64,000 nt of DNA from Mobula birostris (GCF_030028105.1 NC_092374.1:8918998-8982997); one strand, 5' to 3'; positions 12,370-25,009 are shown, numbered from the stretch's first letter. The notes: generated by a model not told the origin, from the letters alone. Numbers and translations: made by a program.

Positions 12370-13760
12370 TTTGGTCCTTTTTCACCGAGGACTAGAATGT
12401 GGGATGTAATGCTGAGGCATTCTGAGGCATTGGTCAGACTGCACTTGGAGTTTTGTGAGTAGTTTTCAGCCCTTTATCTAGGAAAGGATGTGCTAACATT
12501 GGAGAGGGTCCAGAGGAGGTTCATGAGAATGATTCCAGGAATGAAAGGACACGTGAGGGGCGTCTGATCATTGTCATAGTCATAGTCATACTTTACTGAT
12601 CCCGAGGGAAACTGATTTTCATTACAGTTGCTCTAACCAAGAATAGAATATAAATATAGCAATATAAAACCATAAATAATTAAATAATAATATGTAAATT
12701 ATGCCAGGATAAAAGTCCAGGACCAGTCTATTGGCTCAGGGTGTCTGACTGTCCAAGGGAGGAGTTGTAAAGTTTGATGGCCACAGGCAGGAATGTCTTC
12801 CTATGACGCTCTGTGTTGCATCTCGGTGGAATGAGTCTCTGGCTGAATGTACTCCTGTGCCTACCCAGTACATTATGTAGTGGATGGGAGACATTGTCTG
12901 AGATGGCATGCAACTTGGACAGCATCCTCTTTTCAGACACCACCGTCAGAGAGTCCAGTTCCATCCCCACGACATCACTGGCCTTACGAATGAGTTTGTT
13001 GATTCTGTTGGTGTCTGCCACCCTCAGCCTGCTGCCCCAGCATACAACAGCAAACATGATAGCACTGGCCACCACAGACTCGTAGAACATCCTCAGCATC
13101 GTCCGACAGATGTTAAAGGACCTCAGTCTCTTCAGGAAATAGAGACGGCTCTGACCCTTCTTGTAGACAGCCTCAGTGTTCTTTGACCAGTCCAGTTTAT
13201 TGTCAATTCGTATCCCCAGGTATTTGTAATCCTCCACCATGTCCACACTGACCCCCTGGATGGAAACAGGGGTCACCGGTGCCTTAGCCCTCCTCAGGTC
13301 TACCACCAGCTCCTTAGTCTTTTTCACATTAAGCTGCAGGTAATTCTGCTCACACCATGTGACAAAGTTTCCTATCATAGCCCTGCACTACGGCTGATGT
13401 ACTGATGGCTCTGGGCCTGTACTCAGCTGGAGTTTAGAAGGGGGGAATCTCATTGAAACCTATCAAATATTTACAGTGGACATGGAGGGGATATTTCCTA
13501 TAGCAGGGGAACATGGAGAGGATGTTTTCTATAGTGGGGGAGTCAAGGACCAGAGGGCACATCCGATAGAAAGATGTTCTTTTAGAACAGAGATGAGGAG
13601 GAATTTCTTTAGCCAGAGGGTGGTGAATCTGTGGAATTCATAGCCACAGATAGATGTGGAAGCCAAGTCTTTGGGTATCTTTAAGGTGGAGGTTAATAAA
13701 TTCTTGATAAGTAAGGGTGTCAAAGGTTACAAGGAGAAGACAAGAGAATGGAGTTGTGAG
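12370..13760 (+). mobile_element. CR1 3' fragment interrupted by a Rex1/Babar-like LINE
   Basis: CR1 RT C-terminal DNA at 12370-12568 continues at about 13402-13760 (ctgatggctctgggcctgtactc). Confidence 0.65.
12570..13400 (-). mobile_element. Rex1/Babar-like LINE, 5'-truncated
   Basis: ORF 12728-13378: WCEQNYLQLNVKKTKELVVD, YKYLG, SRLYFLKRLRSF, AVVCWG. (catagt)n tail at about 12573-12590. Confidence 0.85.
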
Positions 13761-13764
13761 TACG

Positions 13765-14370
13765 AAGTACAAAGTAAATTTATTATCAGAGTATGTATAT
13801 GTTACCCTATACAACCCTGAGATTTGTTTCCTTGCAGGCATACAATATACAGTAAATCCAAGAACACAATAAAATCAATGAAAGACCACACCCAACAGGA
13901 CGGACAAACAACCAATGTGCAAATTACAACAAACTGTGCAAATATAAAACAGAAAAAAAGTAATAAAATATAAATAAGCAGTAAGTGTTAGGGTTAGGAT
14001 GCAGAGTCCCTGAAAGTGCATCCATTGTTGGTGGGAACAGTTCAGTGATGGATGAGTAAAGTTGAGTGGAGTTATTCTCTTTGGTTCAAGAGCCTGATGA
14101 TTGAGGGGGTAATAACTGCTCCTGAATGTGGCGGTGTGGGTCCTGAGCTCCCGTACCTTCTTCCCGATGACAGCAGTGAGAAGAGAGCATAGGCCTGGGT
14201 GGTTACTTGATGATAGAAGGCTGCGACATCATATTGTGTAGATGTGCCTAATGGTGGGGAGGGCTTTACCCGTGATGGACTGGGCTGATCTACTTTGTGT
14301 AGGGTTTTCCATTCAAGGGCATTGGTGTTTCCGTGCCAGGCTGTGACACGGCCAGTCACTATACACTCCA
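13765..14370 (-). mobile_element. Rex/L2-type LINE 3' fragment
   Basis: ORF 14072-14371 with the ..TAWHGN.. C-terminal motif and the recurrent 3' UTR seen elsewhere in the window. Confidence 0.55.
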
Positions 14371-14661
14371 CTATACATCTATGGAATCAGCTATGATGGA
14401 ATATTGGTGCAGACTTGATGGGCTGAATGGCCGAATTCTCTTGCTATGTCTTATGGCCCCTGGCTGGTGGGGAGAGGTTGGGATCAGGGGTCAAATAATG
14501 AGAATGGAAACGTTGGCCAGGCCGTGGAGTTAGATTAAACCGGAAGCCACTTGTGGTTTTCCTAACTGTGGGACCCGTGGAAGTTTACGAGGGCCGTTTC
14601 ACCAACACGGTGCACTGAGGAGCAGGAAAGAAAGTGTGTTAAAGGAAGAGTGACTAACAAG

Positions 14662-14696
14662 AGCAGTGGGGGAAATCCTTTCCTCAAGAGAAAAGC

Positions 14697-14738
<42 letters not shown>

Positions 14739-14787
14739 AGAGACTGACGCGAGCAGTGGGGAAAATCCTTTCCTCAAGAGAAAAGCT
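14662..14787 (+). repeat. Pair of 37-bp direct repeats separated by a (GA)n microsatellite, possibly in an LTR-like segment
   Basis: gagcagtggggg/aaaatcctttcctcaagagaaaagct at 14662-14698 and 14751-14787. AATAAA downstream near 14894. Confidence 0.7.
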
Positions 14788-15874
14788 TTCTGAGTCATTG
14801 CAGGTCCTCGGAATGCCTCAGTGCAGCTGGGAGTTTGTGGGAGTTTCCTATCCAAGTCGCGTCTTGTGATTAGCAACCCGCAGAACACGCTGAATAAAGC
14901 ATGGGCTGTCAGTCACAGGAACTCATTCTAAGTTCCCCATGACTCAACCTCTTGCCATATTTAGTCCATGACTCTCAGAAAGATACAGCAGAGAAACGGC
15001 TTTGCCTGCCTGCTCTGAACCTGAGTGCCCGCATTAGGGCCATGGCCCTATACTCCACCCCTACCCATTGCACTTTCTCCGTAGCTTCCACACTTTATTA
15101 AAGCCATACAGTCTAGAGCAGGGAAACAGACCATTCGGCCCAAAACACCTGTGCTCAACATTTCAGAAACAGCCTCTTCCCCTCCCCATCAGATTTCTGA
15201 ATGGACCATGAACCCACGTGCACTACCTCACTAGTTTTCCCTGTTTTTTGCTCTTTTCAGCACTGCTTACTTAATTAAATTTTTGATATATTTTATTCAG
15301 ATTTGTAGTTTCTGTTTATTTTTACGTATTGCAATGTAAAACAATAAATTTCACGACATCTACCAGTGATATTAAACCTGATTATGCCTTGTCCATCCGG
15401 AATGCGTTGCCCTGAGAGCTCGTCCCATCTGCCTGCATTCGGCCCAGATCTCTCTAAACCTCCCCTACCCATGTACTTATCTGGATAGCTTTTAAATTTT
15501 GCATGGGTGTCCACCTCAACCACTATTTCTGACAACTCATTCCAAATACACACCAGTTTTTCTGTAAAGAGCTGCCCTCATGTTCCTTTTAAAGTTCTTG
15601 CCTCTGATCTTAATCCTATTCTGTCTTGTTTTTGGTAGCCCCTCACTCTGTCTATGCCCCTCATGACCTTGTGTACCTCTATCAGGTCACCCCCTCGATC
15701 TTCTACGTTCCAGGAAATAAAGTCCTAGTCTATGGAACATCTTGTAAGTCAGACCTTCAATTCCAGGTGCCATCCTGAGAAATCTTTTATGCACTCTTTC
15801 TAGTTTAATACTATCTTTCCTGTAGAAAGTAAAAAGGATCTAGTGCTTTTCTGGCATATATGACAAGTAACTCG

Positions 15875-16005
15875 TCTCGGGCTTCCAGCCCGGTACAAGT
15901 AGCGACCTTTCGATGGCAAACCCTGCCATCTTCATCCCTGATGGCAGAGTTTGTCATCGAAACTTCGGTTATAATTGATACCTGTACCCAGCTGGAAGGC
16001 TGAGA
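15875..16005. repeat. Imperfect palindrome containing two degenerate hammerhead-like cores
   Basis: Left arm 15875-15930 is the near reverse complement of right arm 15940-16005. Each arm reads GATGGCA-loop-TG(T/C)CATC-GAAA. Confidence 0.75.
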
Positions 16006-16059
16006 AGTTTATTCGCCTGTACAAGGTACTCCAAGACAGGTCTCACCGATGTTTTATAT

Positions 16060-16975
16060 ATAGAACATAGAAATTTACAGCACATTACAGGCCCTTCAGC
16101 CCACAATGTTCTGCTGACCATGTAGTCTGCTCTAGAGACTGCCTAGAATTTCCCTAGCACATAGCCCTCCATTTTCCTAAGCTCCAGGTACCTGTCTAAG
16201 AGGCTCTTAAAAGACCCTATTGTATCCACTTCCACCACTGCTGCTGGCAGTGCATTCCACGCACCCACCACTCTCTGCGTGAAAAACTTACCCCTGACAT
16301 CCCCTCAATACCTGTTTTCAAGCACCAAAAAACTATGCCCCTTTGCGTTAGACATTTCGGCCCTGGGAGAAAGCTTCTGGCTACCCACATGATCAATGCC
16401 TCTCATCATCTTATACACCTCTATCAGGTCATCTCTCATCCTCTGTCGCTCCAAGGAGAAAAGGCCAAGTACACTCAACCTATTCTCATAAGCTACGCCC
16501 TCCAGTCCAGGCAACATCCTTGTAAGTCTCCTCTGCACTCTCTCTGTAGTATCCACATCCTTCCTGTAATGAGGTGACCAGAACTGAACACAGTACTCCA
16601 GGTGAGATCTGACGAAGGTCTTATATAGCCCTAACATTACCTCACGGCTCCTGAGCTCAGTTCCATGGTTGATGAATGCCAACACTCCATAGGCTTTCTT
16701 AACAACAATGTCCACCTGCGCAGCAGCTTTGAGTGTCCTATCGACATGGATTCCAAGATCTCTCAGATCCTCCACACTGCCAAGAGTCTTACCATTTATA
16801 ATATATTCTGTCTTCAAATGGGATCTACCAAAATGAACCACTTCACACTTATCTGGGTTGAACTCCTTCTGCCACTTCTCAGCCCAGTTCTGCGTCCTAT
16901 CGATGTCCCGCTGTAACCTCCGACAGCTCTCCCAACTATCCACAACACCCCGAACATCTGTGTCATCCAATACCC
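16060..16975 (-). mobile_element. CR1 LINE, 5'-truncated
   Basis: ORF 16305-17120 (WAEKWQ.EFN..KCEV, RSHLEYCVQFWSPHY). 3' tail tagaacatagaa at about 16061. Confidence 0.9.
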
Positions 16976-17269
16976 ATAACGTAACTTCCCAACTCCAAAA
17001 CTCCGAGCTAGTCTGCTCTCTCTTTTCCCTTTTGTACTTGTGTATGGAATGATCTCTGGGGATTGCACGCAAACAAAAGATTTTCACTATATCTTGGGAC
17101 ACGTGATAATAATAAAGCAATCCATTTACTCATCCAGATATCTTTATGCGTTAGAATTGTATCTGCCTCAGCCTCTTTCTCCGAACATCACAGTAGTACA
17201 CCTGGTGCACTGCTCCACAGTTCAGGTGACCAGGATTTAATCCTGACCTCTGGTGCTGCTTGTGTGGAA

Positions 17270-17830
17270 TTTCTAAGGCATTGGTCAGACAACACTTGGA
17301 ATATTGTGAGCAGTTTTGGGCCCTTATCTGAGAAAGCATGTGCTGGCCTTGGAGAAGGTCCAGAGGAGGTTCACGAGAATGATCCTAGGAATGAAAGGGT
17401 TAACATGTGAGAAACATTTGATATTTCTGGGCCTGTACTCACTGCAGTTTAGAGGAATGAGCGGTGGGTTGCGGGGGAAATCTCATTGGAATCTATTGAA
17501 CATTGAAAGGCCTGGATTGAGTGGACAGGGAGAAGATGTTTCCAATAGTGGGAGAGTCTAGGATCAAAGGGCACAGCCTCAGAATAGAAGGGCGTCCCTT
17601 TAGTACAGAGATGAGGAGGAATGTCTTTAGACAGAGGGTGATGAATCTGTGGAATTCATTGCCACAGACAGCTCTTGGAGGCCATGTCATTGGGTGTATT
17701 TAAAGTGGGGTTTGATAGATTCTTGATTCGTAAGTATATCAAAAGCTATGAGGAGAAGGTAGGACAATAAATCAGCTAAGGTGGAATGGTGGAAAAGAAT
17801 TGTTGGGCCAAATGGCATAATTTTCTCCCA
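17270..17830 (+). mobile_element. CR1 LINE 3' fragment
   Basis: GPYLRKHVLALEKVQRRFTRMI and RVMNLWNSLP motifs, followed by the 3' UTR. Confidence 0.8.
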
Positions 17831-18069
17831 TGTCTTATGGTCTTTCCCCTGGAAGTTCCTATTTCTTCCTACATCCCAAAGACGTGCAGGTTGATTGGTT
17901 AATCGGCCACTACATATTGCCTCTAGTCTGTGTAGTGTGTAGGAGGATTGTAGAATCAAGGGGGGAGTTGATGGAAAGCTGGAGGTGGGTGTGTTCCCAT
18001 GCTGTGTGTCTGTATGTCCATGTTTTATCTCAACTCTACATTCAGGAATTGGTCCCAGCTTCATTGGGA

Positions 18070-18500
18070 AAAAACCTGCAGATGCTGAAAATCAAGCATG
18101 TGGATGGAGTACAGGGAGGAGAGGCTGGTTTGTGTGTTGGGCTGGACTGTGTTCACAACTCCCTTCAATGTCCTGTGATCTTGGACAGAAGAGTCACCAG
18201 AACCTTTACAGAACATTGAGATGTGTTCTGACCAGCTGCATCACTGTCTGGTACAGGAATTGCAAGACACCTGACCTCAAGTCCCTACACAGGATTGTGA
18301 GGACAGCTGAGAGGATCATCAGGGTCTCTCTTACACCCATCCGAGATGTTTATCTGGAGCACTGTGTGTGCAGGGCCCTTAGCTTTGTCAGCGGTCCCTC
18401 CCATCCGTCCAACAATCTCTTTGAACACCCCTACCATCAAGCATGAGGTACTGTAGCATTAGGACAAGGACTGTTAGGATAGGAAACAGCTTCTTCCTTT
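18070..18500 (+). mobile_element. Rex1/Babar-like LINE fragment
   Basis: ORF 17985-18446: LTSCITVWY.NC...LHRIVRTAERII..SHPSNNLF. Confidence 0.65.
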
Positions 18501-18706
18501 GGTCGTAAGTACTGCGTTGTCCACCTTGGTCAGGAGGAACATTGTTTCGCCTGGTGATGAACAGCTAAATGGCAATAAACTTGAACTTGGAGTTTGATTT
18601 GTTTATCATGTACTGTAGTTCTGTTGTTTGTGTTCTTCTTGCATTGTGACATTGTTGATTGTCCAAGGTGAGATGTCCTTTATGCTCAGACTCTTTATCC
18701 CTACAG

Positions 18707-19105
18707 GAGACCCAGCCTCCGTGTCTGTGGAGGTCCCGAAGAGAGTGAAAGGTACTGTCGGACATTCGGTGGTTTTGCCCTGCACTTTAAAGTCTCCCTA
18801 CACTGAGTACACGACCATTGAGATTGTCATCATCTGGAAGATAAAGGTGTTTTACGAAGGGCCGGTATTGTTCAACGTGACTAACAGGAGCAAGGGCAGC
18901 AAGGAGTTTGAGAATGAAGTTCACACAAATATCAAAGGCCGGTACAAACTGGCTGGGGACCCGAGAAAGGGAAATGCCGCCCTGGAGCTGCAGAATGCTA
19001 CGCTGGATGACAGCGATCAATACTTCTGCCGTGTGGAAATTAAACGGCAGGGCCTGGGCACCTTCAAGGCTGAGTCCAACCCTGGGATCACACTGGAAAT
19101 ATTGG
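18707..19105 (+). CDS. SIGLEC15-like: Siglec-15-like gene exon 2: Ig V-set sialic-acid-binding domain
   Basis: Acceptor ctctttatccctacag|, donor G|GTAAAT, phase 1-1, 399 nt. Protein has VVLPC (B-strand Cys), IIW, GRYKLAGDPRKGNAALEL and DDSDQYFCRVE with the essential Arg, closely paralleling the Siglec-15 V domain. Confidence 0.92.
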
Positions 19106-19144
19106 GTAAATATCATAGATGTTGGATATATTCATTCTCATTCA

Positions 19145-19462
19145 TATTCTCTCCCTCTCTCTCCNNNNNNNNNNNNNNNNNNNNNNNNNNNNNNNNNNNN
19201 NNNNNNNNNNNNNNNNNNNNNNNNNNNNNNNNNNNNNNNNNNNNNNNNNNNNNNNNNNNNNNNNNNNNNNNNNNNNNNNNNNNNNNNNNNNNNNNNNNTC
19301 CCCCTTCCCTCTCCCCCTTCCCTCTCCCCCTTCCCTCTCCCCTTCCCTCTCCCCCTCCCCTTCCCCCCTCCCCTTCCCCCCTGTCCCCTCTCCCCCTGTC
19401 CCCTCTCCCCCTCTCCTCCCTCTCTCCTCTTTCTCTTTTCCCCCTCCCTCTCCCCTCTCCCA
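19145..19462. repeat. CT-rich low-complexity tract with assembly gap (N 19165-19298)
   Basis: (CT/CCCCT)n on both sides of an N run. The overlapping ORFs are artefacts. Confidence 0.95.
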
Positions 19463-19464
19463 TA

Positions 19465-19975
19465 TCTAAGAAAGGATGTGCTGACGTGGATAAAGTATAA
19501 TCCTGGGAGCAAAAGGGTTAACAGATAAGTGTTTGATGGCTCTGGGCCTCTACTTCCTGGAGTTCTGAAGAACGACTGGGGGAGGGGAGGGCGTCATTGA
19601 AACCTAATGTTGCAAGGCCTAGAAAGAAAAAGAATGATTGTGTTGCAGAAAGGATGCTTCATATACTGCCAGAGTCCAGGACTGGGGCACAGCTTCAGAA
19701 CAGAGGGACATCCTTTTACAACAGAGATTAGATGGAATTTATTTTAGTGAATCTGAAATTCATTGCTACAGACCATTGTGGAGGCCAAGTTACTGGGCAT
19801 ATTTAAAGTGAATTGTGATGGACTGTTGGTTAGTCAGGGCATCAAAAGTTAAGGTAGAAGGCAGAAGAATGGGGTTGGAAGGGGTAATAAGTCAGCCATG
19901 ATGGAATGGCGGAGCAGACTCAATGGGCCAAATGATCTAATTGTGCATCTGTGTTGTATGGTCTTATGGACAAAA
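19465..19975 (+). mobile_element. CR1 LINE 3' fragment (degenerate)
   Basis: Similar to other CR1 3' ends in the window (tatctaagaaaggatgtgctg..., gtggaggccaagt..., 3' UTR). Confidence 0.65.
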
Positions 19976-20749
19976 GGTAAAATCCCTTCCTCCTACCATG
20001 ACCTCTGAGCCCTGGCTTCCACCAGGACCCCTCCCTGCCTCTTGTGTCCGGCGTGTGAGCTGTATGCATCTGAAGGACTCACTCAATATCATTCAGCTTC
20101 CAAGTCAGTCCAAAGGTCGACTGCTTCTACCACCATGAGACGCTTCCATCATCTGCATCAGGCGCCATGCCTGCCTCACTCCAGGCTCGATCGTTCCACA
20201 CTGCTCGTCCTCCAGCCTTCATTAACACAGCAGCTACAGTCCTGAGACAGTCCTCCAACAATGGAAACTCAAACGTAACCCAACAGCCATGGAACTTAAA
20301 TTCAGTTATTTCAGTAAATCTTTACAAAAGTCAAGAAAGAAATCGATTGTCCTAAAAAAAAATCCAATCTGGGTCGTTTCAGGGGAACTTCTTCACTCAG
20401 AGGGTGGTGAGAGTGTGGAACGAGCTGCCGGTGGAAGTGGTGGGACGGTTTAATTTCAACATTTAAGAGGATTTTGGATAGGTACATGGAGGGGAGGGGT
20501 ATGGAGGGCGATGGTCCAGATGTGGGTCACTGGGACTAAACAGGATAACAATTTGACAAGAACCACATGGACTGAAAGTCCTGTTTCTGTTGGGGTAGTA
20601 CTCAATGACTATGACTATAACTAATATCCTACAGGGAAGGAAGTCTTCTGTTTATTAGCAGTCTCGACTTCATGTGACTGACCTGTGGCTGCCTTCTAAA
20701 ACAGTGCAGCAAACTACTCCATATCAAGAAAATATAACAACTATTAGTT

Positions 20750-21240
20750 ATGGTGCACAGAAACAGACTCTTTGGCCCATCTTGACCATGCCAGCCCAGT
20801 TTTCTTCCTTGTTCCGTTTACCTACACCCAGACCATATCAACCCGTTTCTCTCCCATCCATGTATTGTAGCTCTTCAAACTTCCCTTGAATGTTACAATT
20901 GAACTTAGATCTACCACTTTCACCGTCAGCTTGTTCCACACTTGCACCACCCTCTGAGTGAAGAGGTTCCACCTCAGATTCCATTTAAATACTTCATCTT
21001 TCACCTCAAACCTATAATGTCTAGTTCTAGTCTCACCTAACATAAGAGGAAAAAGCCTGCAAGCATTCACCCTATCGATACCCTTCATAATCTTGTGTAC
21101 CTCTGTGAGATCTCCCCTCGTTCTCCTACGCTCCAGGGAATAAAGTTCTAACCTTTTCAACCTTTCCCTATAACTCAGGCCCTCAAGTCCCGGCAACATC
21201 CTCGTAAATATTCTCTGCACTCTTTCTAGTGCCAGGTAGA
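20750..21240 (-). mobile_element. CR1 LINE 3' fragment
   Basis: ORF 20822-21259: LERVQRIFTRMLPGL, LYSLERRR, FTQRVV. Confidence 0.8.
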
Positions 21241-22004
21241 TTCCCCACACTACCATCATCAGAGGTCATGTGTCTGGCCTCCTCCGGATACTGTATCCAG
21301 TCAATGAGAGTGGATAGGGTGTGTCTGTGTCTGTGCGGACGTGGAGGGTCAGAGTGGGGCTCCAGTGGTCAAGGCCCCAACTTATGGGATCCCCCATTCT
21401 CACTGCATGAGAACTCTTGCCTGAGGGATGTATCGGAGCCGAGGTTTCCAGTTTTGGCAAACCAAGCAGCCAACGTGTCTGAGTCATACGGCACAGAAAC
21501 CGGCCCTTCAGCCCAACCAGTCTGTGCTGACTATCTCATCCCGTTTGTCTGAACTTAACTCATATCTCTCTAAACCTTTCCTATCCTTGCATTTGTCCAA
21601 GTATCTTTTAAACGTTGTTGAAGTAACCACCTTGACAGCTCAGTCTACATACTGACCACCATCCTGGTGAACAAGATGTCCTTCAGGTTCCTATTAAATC
21701 TCTCCCCTCTCACCTTAAACCTTCGCCCTCTAGTTCTTGATTCCCCAGCGCTGAGGGCAGAAAACAAGAAACTGTGTGAATTCACCTGTCTTTTATACAC
21801 AGAAAGTTTTGAGAAATATACAATTATTGAATGACAGTTGGACACTTGACCTTGTGGTTTGGCTGCACTGCACTTTCTCTGTAACTGTAACACTTTATTC
21901 TGCATTCCGTTATTTTTTCCCATGTTCTACCTCAATGCACTGATGTGATGAAATGATCTGTATGGATGGTATGCAAAATAAAGTTTTCGCTGTACCTCGG
22001 TACA

Positions 22005-24275
22005 GGTCGGCACAGTAACAAAGCAGTTAGCATAGCGTTATTACAGCATCAGCGAACACTGATCGAAGTTCAAATCCTGTCTGTAAGGAGCTTGTACGTT
22101 CTCCCCAGGGCCCCTGGGCTGGAGGCCCTGATGGGCCCCTGCTGACACCATAAAATGCTGCTGTACCAAGCAAAAAAAGGCAAGAACAAGAGCAAAGGTC
22201 GTACTGGTCTAAATATCAAAACTGTGGACCAAGACATTGGTTTAGTACAATACGTAGGCTATAAGCTTACAGGCCTTAAGAGGGAGGACAGAAAGTAACG
22301 CAGATTCTTAGTTTGAAGGACAGCATCTAAAGCACTCAAAAATTGACCTAGGCTTAGTTGGCTTAGTAAAGTTATGAGGGAGACGAAGTATGATGTACCC
22401 AATCTTAAATCTTTATTTAGCTATTGCTGCACATACCATAGGCCTTATTTCTCGAACAATGTCAAAGCATTTTTATCTAGGTATTTTTCTCAAACGTGTG
22501 TTCTGAGAAAGTAAAATGGAATTGAGAGACAAAAAGGCCAAGGGAGATGGCACTGTGGCAAACTAGGAAACTTGACAATACCCCAACACTCTTTTTGAAA
22601 AATGAGATCAAGCACATACTAACCTATTGCTGTACTGTGCGTGGCTTGCAGAGTAAAGAGCACTTATTACTTACTAGGTTTGTAAACAGTCAACTATTAG
22701 CCTACTGCCACAAAAACAGGAACAGCACTGACACACAAGCTTAGAGTTTACAAAGTCAGATGCTTGTTTTTCAAAATTAAAGCCTAGTTCTTCTGGATTT
22801 CTTTGCAGCAAAGTCCTTGATCAGATCACTAAAATCCAGTTTCCGAACAAGATCACTTTCAAGTGACATCAGAGTAAGATGACTCAGCTTGTCCTGTCCC
22901 ATTGTGAATCTGAGCCTATTCTTCACTAGCTTGAGCTTGGAGAAAGATCGCTCACCACTTGTATTTGTGACAGGGGGAGTCGGGTAAAGCCTCAAAGCAA
23001 TGCACACATTTGGGAAGATGACCTGCAAGTGTTTTTCTCTGAGGAAGCATAAAAGCTCTGTTGCAGATGAAATATCTTTGCCACTTACAATTTCCCTGAA
23101 ATGGACAATCTCCTCCACAAAGTCTAACTCCAGGTCAGCTTTGGAGATCAGACGCTCTCTTGTGCAGATCTTGTACAGAGAGAGAAGGGATATTGTTTTT
23201 GCAGTTCTGTATCTATTCTTCTGCTGTCAGGCACTAGTGTAACATAGGTCAGTCTTGCTTTCCTGTCGTGTTCGCTATTTTCATGCTCTGCTGTGTGCTC
23301 AGCGGCATGTTTCCAGTCGCTAAAGCCAGTTTCGAAGATGGACTGACAGTTACCATCACTGAAGATGCAGCATGCAAAACAAAACACACAGCCGTGGAAG
23401 GGGAATATAAAAGCCATCGCCGTGATATGTGCTCACCATTTACGAGCTTGCGTTTGAAGTGAAATTCGGAGAATAAAAGTCTCTGCTGTTTGTATACTCA
23501 TTCCAAAGCTTTGATATCCACATCCTTATTCTGGCAGGACTCCGGCCCTTTCTTAGCCCAGTACACTCGGACTGAATCATCTAACGTTTCCTTTCCCCAG
23601 CGAGCAGGATCAGTGCTGTAAGGATCCTCAATAGCGGTAATGTTAACATTAATGGCGGCCCAACTTGGTTGTTCGGAGGCCTCTGTGGTCGGGAATTCCA
23701 AAGTCATGCTCTCTGCGTCTTCAACGTTAGCTGCTGACTGTGGCGAGGACGGTGGTCCTGTGCTAACACTGGTGCTAGCACTAGCTGTTGAACAAGTCTC
23801 CATTTGTCCACCGGTCTCAGACTGTGACAAGAGCGATGGTGCTGCTGCATCATCGAGAACAGGTTTAAAAAATTCCGTCAATTTCAATGTCTTTTTAATG
23901 CTTCTTTCTCACGGTCCTCTTTTTCTTTCTTTTTTCTTTTCTGTGCTCCACTCTCATATTTTTTTTTGTCTGCCATGACGATAGCTAATTATTTTGGGGC
24001 CCCTCTGCAGCTCTAGCCCCTGGGCTGCAGCCCAGCCTCTCCCTGCCTAAAGTCCAGCCCTGGTTCTCCCCTTTCTGCGAGGGTTTCCTCCGGGTGCTCT
24101 GGTTTCCTCTCACATTCCAAAGGTGTACCGTTTAGATTTAGTAAGTTGTGGGGAAGTTTGTTGGCAGTGGAAGTGTGGCGACACATATGGACGGCCCTCA
24201 TCACGATCAATTCTCGCGGATTTGATAGGATGTTTTTCACTGTATGTGACAAATAATACTAATCTTTATCTTTAT
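22005..24275 (+). mobile_element. V-SINE-type SINE split by a hAT insertion (22005-22105 and 24063-24275)
   Basis: Head ...gttcaaatcctgtctgtaaggagcttgtacgttctccc continues after the hAT as ...gggtttcctccgggtgctctggtttcct... Confidence 0.7.
22106..24062 (-). mobile_element. hAT DNA transposon, internally deleted, ZMYM1-like (TTF zinc finger / hATC) transposase remnants
   Basis: Perfect 8-bp TSD GTTCTCCC (22098-22105 and 24063-24070) and terminal CAGGGC...GCCCTG. ORFs: 23498-23887 (N-terminus), 23148-23417 (CFAC..F...GFSDWK TTF finger), 22777-23118 (PVTNTSGERSFSKLKLVKNRLR hATC). Confidence 0.9.
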
Positions 24276-24384
24276 GTGACAATAGTAAACTAATCCACCA
24301 ATTTAGAAACGAGTCATTGAGCAGATGATGGTTTTCTTTAGTGATGAGGAATAGGTGCTGCCCTGGAAACTGGGAAGAACCAGG

Positions 24385-24960
24385 TTCTCATCCACTCTGT
24401 CAGTTCAAGTCTATTGTCACCTGATTGTGCATGTATACAACATTGCTTTGGACCATGGTCTTCCCACAATACATATATCACACACAGCACATAAAACAAA
24501 ATATTACCACAGATAAGTTAATAAAATATAATTCAAAATGCATGTAGTGCACAGCACAGGTAAACAGTAAACAGCTGGCTCTCCTGGTGATGAGACATCA
24601 GTGGTGACAGGGCATTCACTAGTGTCATAGGTGAAGGGAAGAAGCTGTTACCCACTCTGGTAGTGCTAGTCCTGATGTTCCTGTACTACCCCCCCCCCCC
24701 GCCCGATGGTAGTGGGTCAAAGAGATTGCAGGATGGGTGGTAGGGACCCTCAATGATACTTTGGGCCCCTGCTGTCCCACACCCCCGGTAACTGTTACAA
24801 ATAGAGGAAAGGGGGACCCCACTGATCCTCTTGGTGCTTTTCACTATCCTTTGTAGGGTCTTGCGGTCTGATGCCTTGCAGCTCCAGTACCACACAATGA
24901 CATAGCCAGGCAGGACACTCTCAGTGATACCCCTGTAGAAAGTTGTTAGAGTGGGGCACA
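24385..24960 (-). mobile_element. Rex1/Babar-like LINE fragment
   Basis: ORF 24686-24895: WYWSCKASDRKTLQRIVK..HPSCNLFDPLPSG. Confidence 0.65.
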
Positions 24961-25009
24961 GAGAAAGGAATCAGGATCGCTCACCAAGGGGGTAGATCAG
25001 GCGTTAGTT

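Noticed and set aside
19106-19528. Read-through of the V exon and overlapping Pro- or Gly/Arg-rich ORFs
   Set aside because: They run through a CT microsatellite and an N gap. A canonical donor exists at 19106.
21250-21450. GC-richer unique-looking segment between CR1 fragments
   Set aside because: The ORFs have no recognisable motifs and no phase-compatible splice sites were found.
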